Below, in pieces: positions 57,507 to 64,000 of a stretch of 64,000 bases of DNA. The notes under the pieces are model-generated. The model was not told the origin of the DNA and made no database searches. It saw nothing but the letters and a program-made list of their open reading frames with translations. Position numbers and translations under genes: made by a program. The stretch spans positions 3,008,001 to 3,072,000 of the forward strand of contig CAWKDB010000010.1 in assembly GCA_963848295.1 (NCBI GenBank), given 5' to 3'. Each line of letters opens with the position of its first letter. Position 1 is the first letter of the stretch. Source of the DNA: an uncultured delta proteobacterium. GTDB lineage: Bacteria; Myxococcota_A; Polyangia; Haliangiales; Haliangiaceae.

Positions 57507-60316
57507 TAGGTCTGCTCCTTCATCGCGGCATTCATCTCCGAGAGCACGCGCTCGAGCCGCATGCCGCGCGACGCCTTGAGCAAGATCCAGTCGCCGGGCT
57601 GGGAGCGAGCGAGCGCGCGGTTCGCCGCGGCCTGAGGATCGGCGGCGACCTCGGCCGGTGGCCCCGCCGCCTCGACGACCGTGCGCGCCTGATCGCCGAG
57701 CGCGATCACGCCGATGCCGAGCTGCTTCGCGAGCGCGCCGACGTCGCGGTGGGACGCGACCGCGTGATCGCCGAGCTCGAGCATGTCGCCGACGATCGCG
57801 AGCGCGCCCTTGCGACCGGCGAGTGTGGACAGCGCGGCCGCCATCGATGCGGGATTCGCGTTGTAGCAATCGACGATCACGTTGCGACCGGCGACGACCG
57901 CGATCTCGCCGCGCATCGTGGCGGGACGCGCCCGCGCGAGCCCGGCGAGCGCCTGGACGATCGACGCGCCGGCGGCGTGAGCGGCTCCGATCGCGGCGCA
58001 GGCATCGATCGCGACGTGGCGCCCGACGAGCTCGAGCGCGAGCTCGTGGCGTTCGCCGAACACGTCGAGATCGAGGTCGCCACCCGAGTCGCGCGCGACG
58101 TAGCGCACGAGCCGAATGTCGGCGTCGCTTTCGTCGCCGAACGTGACGACCCGCGCCTTCGGGCGATGATGCTCGGCGAGATGGCGCAGCCGCTCGTCGC
58201 CGGCCGGTCTCACGACCGTGCCGCCTTCGCGCAGGCCGATCCAGATCTCGGCTTTCGCACGTGCGATCGCGTCGGTCGTGCCGAGGAGCTCGATGTGCGC
58301 GGTGCCGGCGTTGACGACGACCGCGACGTCGGGCTCGGCGAGCTTCGTCAGGTATTCGATCTGCCCCGGTCCGCGCATGCCCATCTCGACGATCGCGTAT
58401 GAATGGAACAGGCGGAGGCCGAGCAGCGTCAGCGGCACGCCGGTCTCGTTGTTGAGCGAACCGTCGGCGGCATGAGTCGTCCCCGCGGTCGCGAGCGCGG
58501 CGCGCGTGAGCTCTTTGGTCGTCGTCTTGCCCGCGCTGCCGGTGATCGCGACGAGCTTGTGCGTCGGCTCGGTCCACGCGATGCGATGCGCGCGCGCCAG
58601 CTTGCCGAGTCCGATCCGCGTGTCGGCGACGACGATCTGCGGGGCCGCCACCTCTACGCGACGATCGACCATCACCGCGCTCGCGCCGGCGGCGACCGCG
58701 GCGGCGCAGAACTCGTGTCCGTCGTGATGCTCGCCGCGGATCGCGACGTACAGCGCGCCCGGTAGCGCGCGCCGGCTGTCGATCACCTCGCGATCGACCT
58801 GGATCGCGCCGTCACCGACGAGCTCGCCGCCGGCATCGCGCGCGAGGCTCGCGACGATCTGGTGCTCGCGCTCGGCGATCGCGGCGGCGGCCTCCTCGCG
58901 ATCGTCGAAGTGGATCTTCGTCGTGCCGAGGATCTGATAGTCCTCGTGGCCCTTGCCGGCGATCACGACGACGTCGCCCGGCGTCGCTTCGGCGATCGCG
59001 GCGCGAATCGCGACGCGGCGATCGACGTCGACGAAGAACGGCTTCGCCACCGCCGGCAGGATCTGCTCGAGGATCGCGCGCGGGTCCTCGGTGCGCGGGT
59101 TGTCGCTCGTCACGACCGCGAGGTCCGCGAGCTCGGCGACGACCGCTCCCATTTTCGGTCGCTTCGTCGGATCGCGATCACCGCCACAGCCGAACACGCA
59201 GATCAGCCGGCGCTTGGTCAGAGGGCGCAGCGCGGACAACACGTTCGCGAGCGCATCGGGCGTGTGCGCGTAGTCGACGAGCACATCGAGCTCGACCTTG
59301 TTCGCGACGCACTCGACTCGCCCGGGCACGCCGGGTAGCGCCGCGATGCCGCGCGCGATCGCGTCGTGGGAGACGCCGAGCGCCTCGCCGATCCCGACCG
59401 AGAGTGCGAGGTTCGCGACGTTGTAATGGCCGATCAGCGGCGGGCAGTCGATCGCGATCTCCCCGGTCGGCGTCGCGATCCGCGCCTTGATTCCACGTAC
59501 CGTCGTCTGCTGCTCGACGACGCGAATCTCGCACGCCGCGCCCTTCGCCGAAACGGTCAGCGCGTGCGCGACACCCTCGGCCATGCCTGCGCCGGCCGGA
59601 TCGTCGATGTTGACGACCGCGGTGCCGTCGGCGCGCAGGTAGTCGGTGAACAACAGGCGCTTCGCGGCGCGATACGCTGCCATCGTGCCGTGGATGTCGA
59701 GATGATCTTGCGTGAGGTTCGAGAACGCGGCGACCGCGAGCTTTAGGCCGGCGACGCGATGCTGCGCGAGCGCGATCGACGTGACCTCCATGACGACGTG
59801 CGTGCAGCCGGCGGCGCGCATGTTCGCGAGCGCGCCGTGGATCAGCTGCGGCGTCGGCGTCGTGTAGCTCGCGACCTCGACGTGGCCCGGCCAACGCAGC
59901 TCGACCGTGCCGATCACGCCGACCTTGACCCCGGCCTCGGCGAGGATGGATTCGACGATATACGTCGTGGTCGTCTTACCGTTCGTCCCGGTCACGCCGA
60001 TCAGCGTCATCGCCGCGCCCGGATCGCCGAGCGAGCGCGCGACCAAGGGCCCGAGCGCCGCGGCGCCCGATGCGACTATGACCTGCGGTACCGCGAGGTC
60101 CGGCAGCTCGCGCTCGACCACCACCGCCGCCGCGCCGCGCTCGATCGCGGACGCCACGAAGTCGTGGCCATCGGAGCGCAGGCCGCGCACCGCGACAAAC
60201 ACCTCGGCTTTGCCGACCTTGCGCGAATCGTCTTGCACCGCGCCGACTTCGATCTCGGCATTGCCGACGACGCGCGCGCCGGCGAGGCCGTCGATCAGCT
60301 GGCGCAGCGTGGTCAT
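57506..60316 (-). CDS. murEF: Bifunctional MurE-MurF fusion
   Basis: Two P-loops, GTNGKTT and GSAGKTT; MurE DYAHTPD, SDNPR, AGKGHE; MurF LNNETG, DCYNANP, GDMLELG, KASRG; one 936-aa ORF. Confidence 0.95.
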
Positions 60317-60363
60317 GTCTGTAGAACGCGCAGCTTCAGCGATTTCGTGCAGCTAGGCAAGGT

Positions 60364-62436
60364 TCAGGGAGCGTGCGACCGCTCGTCGGAAAACGTCAGG
60401 CTTACCCGGCCGATCACCGAGATCGGACCGGGCGGCGGGTCTTGCGAGATCATCCGTCCGCTCCCGTGGATGTCGACGTCGACGTGCTGATCGCGCGCGA
60501 GCTCGAGCGCCCTGGCGACGCCGAGACCGCGAAAGTCCGGGACCGTCGCGATCGCATCGGCGAGCCCCGACTGTTCGGGATCGCCAGCACCGCCGAACGG
60601 CGGCGCGGATCGATCGATCGGCGCCGCTTCGACGCGGTCCGCGGGTACCGGCGGCGCCGGCTTGGCCGGGTTCGCCCCGGCGAGCGCTGCGGGCGTTGCC
60701 ATCGGTGCGTCACCCGGCACGCCGAGATAACGCAGCGACTCGCTCGCGATCGTCGCGAACACCGGCGCGGCGACCTTCGCGCCGTAGTAGTCGCCGCCGC
60801 CGGCAGTGTTCGGCTCGTCGATCATCACGACGATCGCGAGCCTCGGGTTCGAGATCGGCGCGAGCCCGGCGAACGACGACAGATAGCGATCCTCGGAGTA
60901 TTTCTTCGTCGTCGGATCGTACTTGTGTGCGGTCCCGGTCTTGCCGCCGCACTTGAAGCCGGGGACGTCGATCTCCTTCGCCGTGCCGCCGTCCTGGTGG
61001 CCGGGCGTCGCCTTGTCGAACACCGACGTGAGCATCGCGACCATCTCCATCGCCGTTCGATCCGAGATCGCGCGGTGCTCGGCCGGCGTCGGCTTGTACA
61101 GCACGGTGCCGTCGGCGGCGTCGACCTGGTCGACGATGCGCGGTTCGCGATACATCCCGCCGTTGCCGATCGCGGCGAGCCCGGCCGCGATCTGCAGCGG
61201 GGTCACGGTCAGGCCATAGCCGAACGCGATGTGCGCGAGGTCGACATCCCGCCACGTCGAGCCGGCGTGCACGGTGCCCCAGCGCTCGGCCGGGAGCTCG
61301 ATGCCGGTGCGCGCGCCAAAGCCAAAGTTCTTGAGCCCGGCATAGAGCTTCTCGCGGCCGAGCCGGAGCGCGATCTTCGCCGCGCCGACGTTCGACGATC
61401 GCTTGATGATGCCGGCGACGGTCAGGTACGGGTCCCCGTCGACATCGCGGATCAGCGTGTGACCGACCGTGAACTGGCCGCCGCCGAGATCGAAGCCGGT
61501 CTCGGGCGTCACCGCGCCATCGTCGAGCGCGACCGACACCGTGAACATCTTCATCACCGAGCCGGCCTCGTACAGATCGGTGACCGGGCGATCGCGCGCC
61601 TCGCCAACCTCGGTCGTGTTCGGGTCGTACGACGGATAACTCGCGAGTGCGATGACGCGGCTCGTGCCGACCTCGAGCACGACCGCGACCCCGCTCTTCG
61701 CCTTGTGCGCCGTCACCGCCGCGGCGAGCGACGACTCCGCGATCGCCTGGATGCTGCGATCGAGCGACAGGTGCACGGTGGCGCCGGGCTCGACGTGCGC
61801 GACGCCCGACGACATCATCGCGCGTCCGCGCGCATCGCGCAGCGCCTCGACCTCGCCGCTCTTGCCGGCGAGCCAAGCGTTCATCGTCTTCTCGATGCCA
61901 TCCTTGCCGCTGCCGTCGATATCGGTGCGACCGATGACCGTGCCGGCGAGCGCGCGGCCGGGATACCAGCGCCGCGGTTCGTGCGCGATCTCGACCCCGG
62001 GGAGCTTCGCGGCGGCCACCGCGCGCGCGACCTCGGGCGGGACATGGCGCGCGAGCCACACGAACCGGCGATCGCCGCCGAGCTTGGCCTCCAGCGCGGA
62101 GGCGTCGAGGCCGAGCAGCTTGCCGAGCGTCTCGCTCGTCGCGGTCAGATCTTTGATGTCGTGCGGGCTCGCCCACACCGAGTCGGCATCGGCGCTCGCC
62201 GCGAGCTGGCGGCCATCGGCGTCGACGATCTCACCACGCGGCGCGGTGATGTCGAGCTCCATCTCGTGCTGGTGCTCGGCGAGGTCGTGAAACTTCTGGC
62301 CATCGTCGACTTGCAGCGCCCACGCGCGCACCCCCACGCCGAGCAAGCCGAGCGTCACGATCGCGCCGCTGAGATACGCCCGCACGCGCGCACCATGCGA
62401 CACGCCGGGCGTCATCGGCCGAAGCTTCGGGTTCAC
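60364..62436 (-). CDS. ftsI: Class B penicillin-binding protein with C-terminal PASTA domain
   Basis: PRGEIVD, GSVMK (SxxK), SSN, KTG, VPDFRG...QDPPPG. Confidence 0.95.
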   Translation of the reverse strand: MNPKLRPMTPGVSHGARVRAYLSGAIVTLGLLGVGVRAWALQVDDGQKFHDLAEHQHEMELDITAPRGEIVDADGRQLAASADADSVWASPHDIKDLTATSETLGKLLGLDASALEAKLGGDRRFVWLARHVPPEVARAVAAAKLPGVEIAHEPRRWYPGRALAGTVIGRTDIDGSGKDGIEKTMNAWLAGKSGEVEALRDARGRAMMSSGVAHVEPGATVHLSLDRSIQAIAESSLAAAVTAHKAKSGVAVVLEVGTSRVIALASYPSYDPNTTEVGEARDRPVTDLYEAGSVMKMFTVSVALDDGAVTPETGFDLGGGQFTVGHTLIRDVDGDPYLTVAGIIKRSSNVGAAKIALRLGREKLYAGLKNFGFGARTGIELPAERWGTVHAGSTWRDVDLAHIAFGYGLTVTPLQIAAGLAAIGNGGMYREPRIVDQVDAADGTVLYKPTPAEHRAISDRTAMEMVAMLTSVFDKATPGHQDGGTAKEIDVPGFKCGGKTGTAHKYDPTTKKYSEDRYLSSFAGLAPISNPRLAIVVMIDEPNTAGGGDYYGAKVAAPVFATIASESLRYLGVPGDAPMATPAALAGANPAKPAPPVPADRVEAAPIDRSAPPFGGAGDPEQSGLADAIATVPDFRGLGVARALELARDQHVDVDIHGSGRMISQDPPPGPISVIGRVSLTFSDERSHAP

Positions 62437-62783
62437 GGTGTCGCCGCGACCTTGCTGTGACGGTCGAGCGTCTGGATGTGATCGGGCGCGACCGTGGTCA
62501 TGCCGAGCTCGGTCGCGAGCTTGCGGATGCGCTCGGGCGCGGTCAGCGTGGCGAGCTCGAGCTCGAGCCGGCGGTGCGCCTCGCGCAGCTCGCGCACGTG
62601 AGCGGACGCCTGCGTCAATTGATAGCCGACGCTCAACACTTCATGCTCGCGCGCGACGCGCACGATGCCGAAACCCGCGACGGCGATCGCGAGCGCGACG
62701 AGCGTGATCACCGCCGGCTTGACCGATGGTGCTTCGCCTTCATTGCGCTTGAACAGGCGATACAACCGCGCGGACGACGACAT
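62433..62783 (-). CDS. ftsL: Cell division protein FtsL
   Basis: TM helix, leucine zipper, PERIRKLATELGM; between rsmH and ftsI. Confidence 0.85.
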   Translation of the reverse strand: MSSSARLYRLFKRNEGEAPSVKPAVITLVALAIAVAGFGIVRVAREHEVLSVGYQLTQASAHVRELREAHRRLELELATLTAPERIRKLATELGMTTVAPDHIQTLDRHSKVAATP

Positions 62784-62821
62784 TCGGCGTCTCTCCACTA
62801 CACGCCGTGGCCATGCGACGG

Positions 62822-62842
62822 GCCAATTTTTTTCGCGATTCC
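62822..62842 (-). promoter_or_regulatory. Candidate promoter/operator motif upstream of ftsL
   Basis: GGAATCGCGAAAAAAATTGGC in the ~170-bp rsmH-ftsL gap. Confidence 0.45.
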
Positions 62843-62952
62843 TCGTCGGAAAATGGGGACTGCGCGGAGGTTCAGGGGCCGAGGCGGATCGATCGATCGG
62901 CTGTCCGTGCGAAGCCAAAGTACGGCCGATACCTCACGTCGAGGGTCCCCCT

Positions 62953-63972
62953 TTAGCGGGCCCGAGCGGGCAGGTTCGGCGCCGCCGTGCGCTCGCACGC
63001 GCGCAGTCGAGCCGATCGCGCGCGCGGGTTGCGCGCAACCTCGGCGGCATCGGCGAACACGGCCTTGCGTTCGACCGGCTCGCACACCGCGAAGCTGCGC
63101 TCGCCGGCCTTCGCCGCGAGCGCGGGAGGCAGCGACGACGTCCACGCGAGGTCGCGAAACCGATTCTTGACGAGCCGATCCTCCAGCGAATGAAAGCTGA
63201 TGACCGCGCACCGCCCGCCGGACGCGAGCAGGCCCGGGAACGCATCGAGGAACCGCGCGAGTTGATCGAGCTCGCGGTTGACCGCGATGCGCAGCGCCTG
63301 GAACGTCCGGGTCGCCGCGTGAATCTTCGACTTGCGTTGTTCTCCCGCCGGGATGACGCGCGCGATCAGCGCGGCGAGATCGATCGTGGTGTGCAGCTGA
63401 TCGTCGCGAATCGCATCCTTGATCGCTCGCGCGACCTTGCGCGAATGGCGCTCCTCACCGAGCTCGAAGATCACGTTGCCGAGCGCCTCGCCATCGAGGT
63501 CGCGCATCAACTCGAAAGCGGTCGGCCCGTGCGTCGGATCCATCCGCATGTCGAGCGGCCCGGCCTTGCTGAACGAAAACCCGCGCTCGGCGCGATCGAG
63601 CTGCGGCGACGACACCCCGAGGTCGGCCACGAAGCCGTCGACATGAGTTAGGTTCAGGTCGGAGAGGATGCGAGTGATATCACCGAGCTCTGCGTGGACG
63701 AGCGTCGCGCGGTCGCCCAATCGCTCGCGGCTCGCCTCGAGCGCGTCCGGGTCGCGATCGATCCCGATGAGGCGTGCGCCGGGCGCCGCCTCGAGCAGCG
63801 CCGCCATATGACCGCCGCCGCCGGCGGTGCAGTCGACATAAACTGCATTATCTCGCGGGGATAGGCTTGAAATCACCTCGCGAACGAGCACTGATTCGTG
63901 ACCGAACACCACGCGCGGTGTTGGTACCACGCGGAGGCGCAAGCTGGCAGAAATCTTGCGCTTAGGTCGCAA
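62953..63972 (-). CDS. rsmH: 16S rRNA m4C1402 methyltransferase (start uncertain)
   Basis: HESVL, DCTAGGGGH, DLGVSSPQLD, PLDMRMD, ISFHSLEDR, NPRARSARLR. Confidence 0.97.
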   Translation of the reverse strand: MRPKRKISASLRLRVVPTPRVVFGHESVLVREVISSLSPRDNAVYVDCTAGGGGHMAALLEAAPGARLIGIDRDPDALEASRERLGDRATLVHAELGDITRILSDLNLTHVDGFVADLGVSSPQLDRAERGFSFSKAGPLDMRMDPTHGPTAFELMRDLDGEALGNVIFELGEERHSRKVARAIKDAIRDDQLHTTIDLAALIARVIPAGEQRKSKIHAATRTFQALRIAVNRELDQLARFLDAFPGLLASGGRCAVISFHSLEDRLVKNRFRDLAWTSSLPPALAAKAGERSFAVCEPVERKAVFADAAEVARNPRARSARLRACERTAAPNLPARAR

Positions 63973-64000
63973 CTGGTATGCAGTTGGATGTAAGGAAGTG

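Overview
GC-rich bacterial chromosomal window. Myxococcota affinity (possibly Kofleriaceae/Haliangiales-like) is an inference from the Hanks-type kinases, the many lipoproteins and the myxobacteria-like hypothetical proteins. The right part (36.8-64 kb, minus strand) is a division/cell-wall (dcw) cluster: rsmH-ftsL-ftsI-murEF(fused)-mraY-murD-ftsW-murG-murC-murB-ddl-ftsQ-ftsA-ftsZ. It is interrupted at five points by 11 exported or lipoprotein genes, four of which are paralogues of one uncharacterised Cys-patterned, ExbD-like family. The left part holds housekeeping and signalling genes: RNase E/G, murI, cysS, xseA, aroE, a PTPS paralogue, an ECF sigma/anti-sigma pair, two tandem Ser/Thr kinases, a tandem cNMP-binding protein and a degenerate GGDEF protein. 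The most notable non-obvious structures are: (i) a 4.14 kb element (31850-35989) with IS4-like terminal inverted repeats and a perfect 10-bp target duplication but no recognisable DDE transposase, carrying SGNH/NmrA/TetR cargo; (ii) small cassettes bounded by inverted repeats built from hexamer or heptamer units, associated with RAYT and four-helix-bundle relics, two of which share a 21-bp border motif; (iii) a shared A-tract-TTG motif upstream of ftsL, ftsQ and ftsZ; (iv) an isolated pair of 32-bp palindromic direct repeats. ftsZ and the murB start show single-base frame problems that are most likely assembly errors. No tRNA, rRNA or true CRISPR array was seen.
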